Assembly (NCBI GenBank): GCA_023131975.1
Contig: JAGLYV010000054.1
Location: forward strand, 5,191-69,190
DNA length: 64,000 nucleotides
Source: Candidatus Krumholzibacteriia bacterium
GTDB taxonomy: Bacteria; Krumholzibacteriota; Krumholzibacteriia; Krumholzibacteriales; Krumholzibacteriaceae
Reading direction: 5' to 3'
This document shows positions 45,846 to 54,421 of the stretch, piece after piece (position 1 is the first letter of the stretch; each line of letters opens with the position of its first letter). Under the pieces are notes generated by a model, which saw only the letters and a program-made list of their open reading frames with translations, made no database searches and was not told the origin of the DNA. The position numbers and the translations under genes were made by a program.

Positions 45846-46793
45846 TTGGTCATCAGGGAGGAAAAGAATATCAGCAGGGAGGAGTCGGGGGCCTTCCTTT
45901 CGAAGATCGACGGAGCAACTTTTTTTCATACTCACGCATGGCTGGATTCGATTTCTTCGGCTTTCAGGAATATAGAACCTTCCTGGCTTGTCGCCAGGGA
46001 TGCCGGGCACGTACGCGGCCTGATGCCGATATGCAGGATCCGGAGAAACGGGCTCTTTATACTTTCCGCGCTACCGTTCGGTACATACGGAGTCCCTTTA
46101 TCAGACGATAACGAGATCGTCATGTCGTTGTTGAGCAAGTTCCGGCAGGTCGGGCGATCATTCCGCTGCCTGGAATCAGTAGCCAGCCTTTACGGAATGG
46201 ATGCTCTGTCACTGAATCTGCCATCGAAAGAGATCAGGGATGAAGAGTGTCTGGTAATCGATATCCGCGGAGGATTCGAGAGATACAGGTCGAAGCAGAT
46301 AAGCAGGAAGAAAAGGCAGATATGTAACGGCTGCGAGAAACATGGGATCGAAGCAAGGCCCCTGTCGAGCAGCGAAGAAGTATCGCTGTTTTATGATCTG
46401 TATATTGAAGCTTCCAGGAATTGGAGTGGTGTGCATCCATACCCCAGGGCTTTCTTTGACAATCTGTTCGAGAGAAGAAGCGAAGGTGTTCTGATCTGGG
46501 GGGCTTTTCAGGATGGCAGGATCCTCGGGGGGCATATTGATTTTTATTTCGGGAATCATGCCCAGGCCTGGCAGGCAGGAATGGATGCGGACTCCGATGT
46601 CTCGGGTATCGCTTCCTGGCTTGTCTACAACGCGGTCAAGGAAGCGTGCAGGCGTGGTATCGATGAATTCAATCTCGGCAGCAGTGGTGGGGACAAAGGA
46701 ATGATATTTTTCAAGGAATCCATGGGAGGACTTGAAAAGACCTATTCTGTCATGGAAACGAGGAAGAACTGGTGGAAGTTGCTGAGAAAATGA
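45846..46793 (+). CDS. FemAB-family / BioF2-like GNAT-fold transferase
   Basis: A C-terminal region (FFDNLFE...AWQAGMDADS...IDEFNLGSSG) resembles Acetyltransf_6/FemAB. The start is uncertain: it is TTG 45846 or an internal ATG. Confidence 0.5.
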   Translation: MVIREEKNISREESGAFLSKIDGATFFHTHAWLDSISSAFRNIEPSWLVARDAGHVRGLMPICRIRRNGLFILSALPFGTYGVPLSDDNEIVMSLLSKFRQVGRSFRCLESVASLYGMDALSLNLPSKEIRDEECLVIDIRGGFERYRSKQISRKKRQICNGCEKHGIEARPLSSSEEVSLFYDLYIEASRNWSGVHPYPRAFFDNLFERRSEGVLIWGAFQDGRILGGHIDFYFGNHAQAWQAGMDADSDVSGIASWLVYNAVKEACRRGIDEFNLGSSGGDKGMIFFKESMGGLEKTYSVMETRKNWWKLLRK

Positions 46794-48301
46794 CTGGAGA
46801 AAATCGGTCACGCCTCGCTGGGAATGCCATTTCCCTGACAATAGCCGGTGCCGCGGGAATGCTCTTCACTCTGATGCAGCTCAGTATTCTAAGCAGGTAT
46901 CTCGATAGTGAATCTTTTGGATTATTCGTTGCCCTCAGGGGGTTTTCACTTCTATTTTCCACATTGATCCTTGCCGGGCTTCCCCAGGTGATAATACGAT
47001 TTATCCCTTCGTATCAAAACAGGGGAGAGACATCCCGGGCTTTGATCCTGTTCGGAGTCTCAATAATAATCATTCTGCTGCTCGGTACCGCAGTTGTGCT
47101 TTCGCGTGGTTCATGGAAGGGTCTTGTCCCGGATGCCGGTAGTGATCCGGCGATCATCGGCTGGCTGGCTGCTGTTTCTGTGGCAATAGCGCTGAAACTT
47201 CTTTTGTACAGTGCACTCAACGGGCAGAGAGTGATGCATTACCAGATGATTCTGGAACTTTTATACCTCGCGGTCTTTACCTGCGTGATATTTTTTATGA
47301 GATATGGACTGGGCCTGGCCATGCTTTTCAGGTTGTCATGTCTTCTCAATGCCGGAGTCTTTCTTGCGGGATTACCTTTCGTGTTTCTGTCCATGAAGAA
47401 CGGAAGATCTTCCCACCGTGTTCCGAAAGGCGAGAAGATCATTACTCCGTCATTCATGCCCTATCTCGGTAATTCAATTCTTCTGAGCCTGGTCGCTCTC
47501 GCCTTTACGGATTTCGACAGGTTCCTGATGTCGTCGGTGCTACCCCTCTCTTCGATATCCCTTTTCCATATAGCGTCGAGGATCAACAGTCTTCTTAAAC
47601 GGTTTCTTGGATATCCAGTGATAGCACTTCAACCGGAGATAACCAGGATATACGAAGAAGGAAGATACGAGGAGCTGAAAGAAAAGATCGTTCTTTTTAC
47701 GAAGACCACCTTCATATCAGCTCTGTTCTTTGTCTTTGTCACAGCTGTTGCCGGCAGGGGCGCCATAAGGATCCTCAGCGGAGAGGCATTCGATCCTTCC
47801 TACAGGATATTGCTGGTGTTGTTGCCATGTGTTCCCGTTGCTGCCCTCATAGCTCCCCTTCTATCTACGATGAAAGGACTTCATTTCATGCGTTGGGCCG
47901 TCCTGGCCGATTTTGTATGGATGGGTGTCTATTTCGGGACATTTCTCGTTTTCGTGTCGGCTATGGGCGTGACGGGAATGGCTGTCGCTCAGCTGTGTGC
48001 TTCTTTGACCCAGATGGTTGTTGTGGTGGCCGTGTCGAAAAAATATGGATTCTATGGTGGAGTCGGCAGGGGAAGTGGCAGGGCGCTTGCTGCGTTTACC
48101 GCATTTACCGTAGCGGGGGCATTTGCGGTCCATATCTGGGGCCTTCCGGCCTCCGTGACAATAGTAGTACTTTCGCCGTTTATTCTGAAAGGTGTGGTTT
48201 CAGGACTGAAATTGTTCGACAATAACGAATCAGAGATGTTAAAGAATATGATAAGAGTGCGGTTATTGCAGAATGGGATCGCATGGATAACAGGAAACTG
48301 A
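46790..48301 (+). CDS. Wzx-type oligosaccharide flippase (MOP superfamily polysaccharide biosynthesis protein)
   Basis: About 14 TM helices are predicted. The N-terminus is typical of Wzx/RfbX (AGNAISLTIAGAAGMLFTLMQLSILSRYL). The start is an ATGA overlap. Confidence 0.7.
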   Translation: MTGENRSRLAGNAISLTIAGAAGMLFTLMQLSILSRYLDSESFGLFVALRGFSLLFSTLILAGLPQVIIRFIPSYQNRGETSRALILFGVSIIIILLLGTAVVLSRGSWKGLVPDAGSDPAIIGWLAAVSVAIALKLLLYSALNGQRVMHYQMILELLYLAVFTCVIFFMRYGLGLAMLFRLSCLLNAGVFLAGLPFVFLSMKNGRSSHRVPKGEKIITPSFMPYLGNSILLSLVALAFTDFDRFLMSSVLPLSSISLFHIASRINSLLKRFLGYPVIALQPEITRIYEEGRYEELKEKIVLFTKTTFISALFFVFVTAVAGRGAIRILSGEAFDPSYRILLVLLPCVPVAALIAPLLSTMKGLHFMRWAVLADFVWMGVYFGTFLVFVSAMGVTGMAVAQLCASLTQMVVVVAVSKKYGFYGGVGRGSGRALAAFTAFTVAGAFAVHIWGLPASVTIVVLSPFILKGVVSGLKLFDNNESEMLKNMIRVRLLQNGIAWITGN

Positions 48302-49611
48302 AGGAATCGTTGAGATCACCGCGTGTGCTGATGTTCATCAATTTCTTTCCACCTTCCGCGGGTGGAGGAGTATATCGGCCTCTTTCGTTTGTGAAATATC
48401 TTTCGAGACTTTCCTGGGATATTACCGTCATCACTCCGCGGCCCGGGGGGTTCTGGATCTCGGACCCGGCGTTGATGAGGGAAGTGCCCGATAGCGTAAG
48501 GGTGATCCGTACCGGTTCTCTATCGGGACAGAGTGTGCTCGGCAATCTGAACAAGAAGAGTTCTTCGAGGCGGTCGTCCAGCAGGTTTGGAGTATTGAGA
48601 AGGTTCGGCGAGTATTTCCTGGTGCCGGACACCTATGTGGGATGGATCCCCTTTGCCTGCATGGCCGCAAGAGCTCTGACCGGTGAAAGTTTCGATATCA
48701 TATATTCGACCAGTCCGCCGGACAGTACCCACCTTGCGGCAAGGAAGTTTACCAGACGAACGGGAATACCGTGGGTGGCCGATTTCAGGGATCCGTGGAT
48801 AGGTCTCCATCTCAGAAAGCCACCTACGCCTTTCCACCGTTCGATTCATCGCAGGATGGAGGCCAGGGTAATGGAAGCGGACCGGGTCATCGTTACGACC
48901 GACTGGCAGAAGAAAGTACTCGATGAAAATCACCCGGGATGCCGGGTGGAGAAGATACCGAACGGCTTTGACGAAGAAGATTTTTCTGAAGCAAGAACGG
49001 CAGCGGCCACGGTCGATGGTGCTGACGGGTCTTTCAGGATAGTACATTGCGGGATGCTCACGCTCGGGCGCACATCCGGGCCGTTTCTGGATGGGTTGAA
49101 CAGGTTTCTGTGTTCGAGACCCGAATCGCGCGGCAGGGTAAAGGTTGTCTTCGCGGGGGCTCGTGAATCAGATAACGAAGAGCTGGTACATCGTTACGGG
49201 CTTTCAGATACAGTGGAGTTCATGGACAATCTACCTCACTCGCAATGCGTGAAGCTGGAGAGAGACAGCCATGTACTGCTTTTGATCAAGCACGATGACG
49301 AGAAGTACAGAGGGTTGATTCCTGGAAAACTTTTCGAATATATCGGAGCCCGAAAGCCGATCCTGGCGATAGCGCCCGAGGGAGAGGCCGCGTCGATCAT
49401 CGCGAATGAGAACAGGGGAGAAGTAGTATCACATGGCTCTCCCGAAAAGGTCGCGGATATCCTGACCCGGCTCTATGATCTTTTTCTTGCTGGAAAACTG
49501 GAAGAGGCATATTCCCTGGACGAACTTCCCTCGTATTCGAGAAGAGAGGCCGCAGCCACCCTGGACGCGGTCATGCGAGAAATGATAGACGATACGGCAG
49601 GAAAGCAATAA
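48283..49611 (+). CDS. Glycosyltransferase family 4 (group 1)
   Basis: The N-domain FINFFPPSAGGGVYRP is present. A GT-B C-domain with E..E region follows. Confidence 0.7.
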   Translation: MDNRKLKESLRSPRVLMFINFFPPSAGGGVYRPLSFVKYLSRLSWDITVITPRPGGFWISDPALMREVPDSVRVIRTGSLSGQSVLGNLNKKSSSRRSSSRFGVLRRFGEYFLVPDTYVGWIPFACMAARALTGESFDIIYSTSPPDSTHLAARKFTRRTGIPWVADFRDPWIGLHLRKPPTPFHRSIHRRMEARVMEADRVIVTTDWQKKVLDENHPGCRVEKIPNGFDEEDFSEARTAAATVDGADGSFRIVHCGMLTLGRTSGPFLDGLNRFLCSRPESRGRVKVVFAGARESDNEELVHRYGLSDTVEFMDNLPHSQCVKLERDSHVLLLIKHDDEKYRGLIPGKLFEYIGARKPILAIAPEGEAASIIANENRGEVVSHGSPEKVADILTRLYDLFLAGKLEEAYSLDELPSYSRREAAATLDAVMREMIDDTAGKQ

Positions 49612-49649
49612 CGGTCCGGAGCCGCTATCGGAGGAGGAAACAGGCTGAA

Positions 49650-51194
49650 ATGAAAAGTGAAAGCATTAAACGCGGCAGTCGGGATCATATTGTTCTCTCG
49701 CTCTGCGCCCTTCTGTTTCTTGCCCTCATCTTTCCGCTGAGAGGTTCGATCACCGATGACACATTTATTCATATGCAGTACGCGCGGAATGTGGCTGAAG
49801 TGGGGGAACTGTCATTTAACAGGGGAGAGCCGACTTATGGAGCGACAAGCCCTCTCTGGGTTTTTCTTCTCGCGCTGGTATACAAGGTGGGAGGGGATAT
49901 GGCGGTGTGGAGCAGGATCCTGTCACAGTTCTTCGGCTTTGCCTCCATCCTGCTGATATACAGGTTTGTCAAAGCGATCGACGGCAGGGCATTCGTCGCT
50001 GGTTCAGCGGCGGCGGTAATGTCCGCGGAGGCCTGGCTCGTAAGGTGGAGCACGGTGGGTATGGAGACATCGTTTTCGGTCTTTATGACGATCGCCGTTC
50101 TCCTCGCCTCTCTTCATGTCCTCCGGTCCCAGTCGAGATCGGTCCTGTTCGGGCTTATCCTTTTTGCTGCCTATCTTGCGCGGCCGGAGTCTCTGCTTCT
50201 GGTACCTCTCGCCGTTATCTCGTTCGCCATATTCAAGGGGGGCGAAAAATCATCATCGAGATTTACATGGCTTGCAGTCTTTTCAGTACTGCTCACGATA
50301 TGGATGATAGCCATCCATGATCATACCGGGACCTTTTTCCCTCTTACGGCCGGCGCCAAGCAGGGTCATTTTGGATTTTCTTTCGAGATCCTGAAAAAGC
50401 TTGTCGTTCCGGCGAAGATACTCGGCGTCACGGCAGGTATTCCACTCGTGATCATAGTCGCGTCGATGGTAGCCTGGATCTCCGGGCGGCGTGACCTGTT
50501 TGCCCCTGCTTCCAGGATCATGGAACCCGGAGTATTTCTCACTCTCGCGTGGATATTTGCTCTGCCTGCTGTCTACGTGATAATGGATTTTCATGTACTC
50601 TCACGATACATGCTGCCAGTCTCGCCGGCGGCAGTGGCTCTCGGCATGATATGCTGGTACAGATTTGTCGCTGGAGGTGTGTTGAGTCGGGGCCGTGCGA
50701 GGAGTGTCACGATTATCCTGACAGCGATCATTCTGGCGCAGAACATACTCTTCTATTCTCTCGTCGTCGTCCGTCCTACCAGAGAATTCTCAACTGGACT
50801 AAAGACTGTGATCACCGGGATCGGCGTCTACCTGGCGGAGAATTCCAGCGAGGGAGATGTCGTAGCCGCGCCGGATATAGGGGCTGTGGGATATTATTCA
50901 GGTAGAAGGATCCTTGATCTGGGCGGTCTTGTATCTCCAGAGATAAACAGGATGAGGGTTGATATCGATGTCGAAAGGATCATAGACGAAGGCCTGTATC
51001 TGGATCTGGGAGCTGACTGGCTCATGGACCGTAGCATCGAGCCGATGAGATTCTCCGGGAAAGTCATAAGGGGACATCTTTTTACTCCCGTTATGAGCGG
51101 CATTGTGGGAAATCTCGGGATACGGATGCAGGACCCGGTAACTTACGTACTCTACCGTATAGAAAATGTGGATGGGGAGGAGGCTGAGCGATGA
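49650..51194 (+). CDS. GT-C fold membrane glycosyltransferase, PMT_2/ArnT-like (GT39/GT83-related)
   Basis: The first-loop acidic motif SITDDTFIHMQYA is present. About 11 TM helices are predicted. A GGAGGAGG RBS precedes the start. Confidence 0.6.
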   Translation: MKSESIKRGSRDHIVLSLCALLFLALIFPLRGSITDDTFIHMQYARNVAEVGELSFNRGEPTYGATSPLWVFLLALVYKVGGDMAVWSRILSQFFGFASILLIYRFVKAIDGRAFVAGSAAAVMSAEAWLVRWSTVGMETSFSVFMTIAVLLASLHVLRSQSRSVLFGLILFAAYLARPESLLLVPLAVISFAIFKGGEKSSSRFTWLAVFSVLLTIWMIAIHDHTGTFFPLTAGAKQGHFGFSFEILKKLVVPAKILGVTAGIPLVIIVASMVAWISGRRDLFAPASRIMEPGVFLTLAWIFALPAVYVIMDFHVLSRYMLPVSPAAVALGMICWYRFVAGGVLSRGRARSVTIILTAIILAQNILFYSLVVVRPTREFSTGLKTVITGIGVYLAENSSEGDVVAAPDIGAVGYYSGRRILDLGGLVSPEINRMRVDIDVERIIDEGLYLDLGADWLMDRSIEPMRFSGKVIRGHLFTPVMSGIVGNLGIRMQDPVTYVLYRIENVDGEEAER

Positions 51195-52006
51195 ATCTTC
51201 CCGAACCACTTATTCCAGATGATATTCCGGAGGACAGGATGCCCAGCCTTCTGCGTAACTGGTTTCTCGGGGCGAAAGCGAAGAGATATCTGAGTAGAAG
51301 GAGATTCCAGACTGTGACGGGAATGCTTCCCGCCGCTTCGGGGGGAAGAGCCCTCGATGTGGGGTGTGGCTGGGGGTACAACCTGTTCCTTCTGAGGGCG
51401 AGAGGGTACAGGCCGGTCGGGATCGATATAGTGCAGAACGATTTTCTGGCGGCATCGATGATAGCGGACGCGAACGGTTATGAGATCGACCTTCTCGGAG
51501 CCGACATGAGTTCGCTTCCCTTCAGAAGCGAGCAGTTCGATGCGGTAACCGCTGTCGAGACTTTTGAACACGTATTTTATCCGGACCGGAAACGAGCCAT
51601 CAGGGAAGTAGGGAGGATCCTCGCTCCCGGAGGCACTTTCATTTTGTCCACACCGAACTACTTCAGCCTGGTCGAATCGGCGAAACGTATTGTAGTCGGT
51701 TTACCTTTTCTGAAACGTGTGCTGCCCGTTATGTGTTACCCCGTCGGTGACGTATCGCGGGAACAATACCATCCCTACAGTTATCACAGGCCGGCGCCGT
51801 TGAAGGAGATCGCAGGAATGCTCGAATCCGAGGGCTTTGAAATTATGGGGGCCAGAAAGATTATTTTCATCTGGAAATCGGTGCCCGATATACTATTTCC
51901 CCTGTGCCTGGCTGCCGAGACTTTTTTCGAGAAGATCCCCCTGATCAGAGGACTTGGATCCACTCTCGTCGTTGTAGCGAAAAAGAGAGTGGGAGGAAGT
52001 GGGTAA
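51191..52006 (+). CDS. Class I SAM-dependent methyltransferase
   Basis: The SAM motif ALDVGCGWGYN and motif II/III (DAVTAVETFEHV, PGGTFILSTPN) are present. The start is an ATGA overlap. Confidence 0.7.
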   Translation: MNLPEPLIPDDIPEDRMPSLLRNWFLGAKAKRYLSRRRFQTVTGMLPAASGGRALDVGCGWGYNLFLLRARGYRPVGIDIVQNDFLAASMIADANGYEIDLLGADMSSLPFRSEQFDAVTAVETFEHVFYPDRKRAIREVGRILAPGGTFILSTPNYFSLVESAKRIVVGLPFLKRVLPVMCYPVGDVSREQYHPYSYHRPAPLKEIAGMLESEGFEIMGARKIIFIWKSVPDILFPLCLAAETFFEKIPLIRGLGSTLVVVAKKRVGGSG

Positions 52007-52041
52007 TCGTTCGCGGGGACGATTATTTTCACTCTTTTTTT
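52004..52041 (+). terminator. Candidate intrinsic terminator closing the glycan island
   Basis: A stem TAATCGT/ACGATTA (52004-52010 / 52019-52025) has an 8-nt loop. It is followed by the T-rich tract TTTTCACTCTTTTTTT. Confidence 0.3.
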
Positions 52042-52114
52042 ACACCAACTCACAACTCATTATCTAATAACAAGATAAGCGTGCGATAAAATCGCGCCAA
52101 AAGGACCTTTTTTC

Positions 52115-52147
52115 TTGACACGGTGGGAGGAAGTGGGATAAAGTGGG
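52115..52147 (+). promoter_or_regulatory. mraZ promoter (-35 TTGACA) overlapped by three GTGGG direct repeats at 10-bp phasing = MraZ operator
   Basis: TTGACA lies at 52115-52120. GTGGG occurs at 52123, 52133 and 52143 (GAAGTGGG, AAAGTGGG). The element lies about 100 nt upstream of mraZ. Two more GTGGG boxes at 51989 and 51999 have the same phasing. Confidence 0.6.
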
Positions 52148-52246
52148 GCTCAATGGTAGAAAGTGAGTCTGGAATGGCGAAAACAGGTAGACGCACCATT
52201 CAAGAGGACAACAGGTAACAGGTAACAGCGAGGAACGGAAACAGCG

Positions 52247-52681
52247 ATGCAGAATTTCTTGGGCGATTTTGACTGCGCACTTGATTCAAAGGGAAGGTTG
52301 ATGGTCCCTGCCAAGTTCAGGCATCTCGTGCCTGAGGCTGGCGGAGGTCTTTGGGTAATCACCTTGGGCAAGGATAAGTGCCTCAATCTCTACCCTCTCA
52401 GCGAGTGGGACGAGGAAGTAGTCAAAAAGCTTCATTCACTTCCCCCGGGTCCGGAGAAAAGAAAATACATCCGGTTCTACAGCCGGAAGTCGAGGACCAT
52501 CAATCTTGACAAATCGGGAAGAATCGCTATCCCTTCGAATTTCCTCGAGGCTATCGACAGTCCAGGAAAAGTGGTCGTCGTCGGTGTGCTCAATTACATT
52601 GAGATCTGGGCACCCGAAGAGTTCGAGAAGGCAAGTATCGAAGGTGACGAAGCATATCTTGAGGGTGAGTTTGAGATCTAG
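52247..52681 (+). CDS. mraZ: Transcriptional regulator MraZ
   Basis: Two MraZ repeats with DSKGRL and DKSGRI motifs are present. It is the first gene of the dcw cluster. Confidence 0.9.
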   Translation: MQNFLGDFDCALDSKGRLMVPAKFRHLVPEAGGGLWVITLGKDKCLNLYPLSEWDEEVVKKLHSLPPGPEKRKYIRFYSRKSRTINLDKSGRIAIPSNFLEAIDSPGKVVVVGVLNYIEIWAPEEFEKASIEGDEAYLEGEFEI

Positions 52682-52690
52682 GAAAGGGAT

Positions 52691-53059
52691 ATGAGGATCT
52701 ACAGGACAGATGTCGAGGGAATCGCGGTCTTCAGGATCACAGGAAACGTCCGGGAAGATGAGGCATTCATGCTGCTTCAGTTCATCGGTCGTGAATCCGG
52801 TGCGTTCAGAGGTTCGTTTATCCTCGATTTCCAGGGAGTCGAACATGTCGACTACCATGTCTTCGAACTTTTCGAGAAATGGTTTTCGGGAAGATCCGGA
52901 GTCGTCCTGAGTGGTCTGAGTGACTATCTCCTGGATATCTTCGCGTTTGTTCACCGCAAGAATGTCATACCGATCTTTCCTGACTGGAGAAAAGCCCTGT
53001 ACTTCCTGATGACCGAACGCGGCAAGGTGGGTTCTCCAGCCGCTTTCGCGATAGCCTGA
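52691..53059 (+). CDS. STAS-fold (anti-sigma-antagonist-like) small protein lacking the phosphorylatable Ser, inserted between mraZ and rsmH
   Basis: The 122-aa pattern (beta-alpha-beta, FILDFQGVEHVDYHVF, then VVLSGLSDYLLDIFAF...IPIFPDWRKAL) matches a SpoIIAA/STAS fold. DYHV replaces DSSG. Confidence 0.45.
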   Translation: MRIYRTDVEGIAVFRITGNVREDEAFMLLQFIGRESGAFRGSFILDFQGVEHVDYHVFELFEKWFSGRSGVVLSGLSDYLLDIFAFVHRKNVIPIFPDWRKALYFLMTERGKVGSPAAFAIA

Positions 53060-53078
53060 TATTGATAAATACGGAGTA

Positions 53079-53999
53079 ATGATAGTGGAGCATCTGCCTG
53101 TAATGGTAGAAGAAGTGACCGGTTATCTGATAACCGATCCGGAAGGTATTTACGTGGACGCTACTCTCGGGCTTGGTGGACATACTGAAAGTTTTCTCAA
53201 AGCGGCAGGTCCAAAGGCCAGGGTCATCGGGATAGATCTGGACGAAAACGCGATAAGAATGGCACGTGAGAGACTGGCTGAATACGGTGAACGTGTCACT
53301 TACGTATGTGGCAATTTCAGAGACATCGATACCCATCTTGGGGGAGGAAAATACAACGGGATCCTGGTGGATCTCGGTATGTCGTCATTTCAGATCTCGG
53401 ACAGGGAACGGGGATTCAGCTATATGGAAGATGGACCTCTGGGCATGTCGATGGGGACAGAAGGAAGATCGGTCAGATCCCTTCTGGCAGATGGAGAAGA
53501 GAAGGAGATCGCCGATATCATATGGAGATTCGGAGAGGAAAAGAAAAGTAGAAGAATAGCAAAGTGGATTGTAAAGACGCGTGAGAATGAGGAGATAGTG
53601 AGCACATCTCAGCTTCGTTTGATTGTGGAGAAGGCCCTCCCATCCCGGGGGCTGATCGGATCACTTTCCCGCGTTTTTCAGGCATTCAGAATATGGGCGA
53701 ACGATGAACTGGAAAACCTAAGAGCCTTCTTACCCCAGGCGGCCGCGCTCCTGATACCCGGCGGTCGCCTGGCGGTTCTCAGTTATCATTCGCTTGAGGA
53801 CCGGATCGTCAAAAATTATTTCCGACAGGAAGAAAAGGGATGTATATGTCCGCCGGATTTCCCGCAGTGCAACTGCGGAAGGGTACCTACCCTTAAATTA
53901 CTTATGCGGCGCGCGGGCAAGCCGTCCCTGGAAGAGATAGAGAGCAATCCAAGGTCCCGGAGCGCCAGGCTTCGGGTAGCAGAGAGGTTGGCCGTATGA
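53079..53999 (+). CDS. rsmH: 16S rRNA (cytosine1402-N4)-methyltransferase RsmH (MraW)
   Basis: HLPVMVEEV...YVDATLGLGGHT and the DLGMSSFQ motif are RsmH signatures. Confidence 0.9.
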   Translation: MIVEHLPVMVEEVTGYLITDPEGIYVDATLGLGGHTESFLKAAGPKARVIGIDLDENAIRMARERLAEYGERVTYVCGNFRDIDTHLGGGKYNGILVDLGMSSFQISDRERGFSYMEDGPLGMSMGTEGRSVRSLLADGEEKEIADIIWRFGEEKKSRRIAKWIVKTRENEEIVSTSQLRLIVEKALPSRGLIGSLSRVFQAFRIWANDELENLRAFLPQAAALLIPGGRLAVLSYHSLEDRIVKNYFRQEEKGCICPPDFPQCNCGRVPTLKLLMRRAGKPSLEEIESNPRSRSARLRVAERLAV

Positions 54000-54421
54000 A
54001 GACACACACTGATTATCTTGACGCTGTAACGCTGGTCATCAAGAGAGCCCTCGAGGGCAGGATCAGCCCATTGAACTTTCTTCTGATAGTGGGGTTTTTC
54101 TCGACCCTTGTCCTTCTTTACATATCGCTTCATGTACATTTTCAGACCCTGTCCGGGGAACTGAACGATGAAGTACGGCTCAGACAGGAGCTGACCGAGG
54201 AAAGGACATTCCTGACAGCAGAACACGATCGACTCAGTTCGCCTGAGAGGATCATACCCCTCGTGCAGGAACTTGGGTTGAGAGCCGGTTCAAGCGAAGA
54301 GGTAAAGAGAGTAGCTTTTTATAACAGCCGGAAGCTTTTTAAAAAAGAATCGGCCGGCTGGGCACAGATACAGCTTAACGAAGGCGGGAAATTACTTCCG
54401 CCTGACAGACCGGAGAATTGA
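53996..54421 (+). CDS. ftsL: Cell division protein FtsL-like (bitopic, coiled coil)
   Basis: A single TM helix LLIVGFFSTLVLLYISL and a periplasmic coiled coil are present. It sits between rsmH and ftsI. Confidence 0.6.
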   Translation: MKTHTDYLDAVTLVIKRALEGRISPLNFLLIVGFFSTLVLLYISLHVHFQTLSGELNDEVRLRQELTEERTFLTAEHDRLSSPERIIPLVQELGLRAGSSEEVKRVAFYNSRKLFKKESAGWAQIQLNEGGKLLPPDRPEN

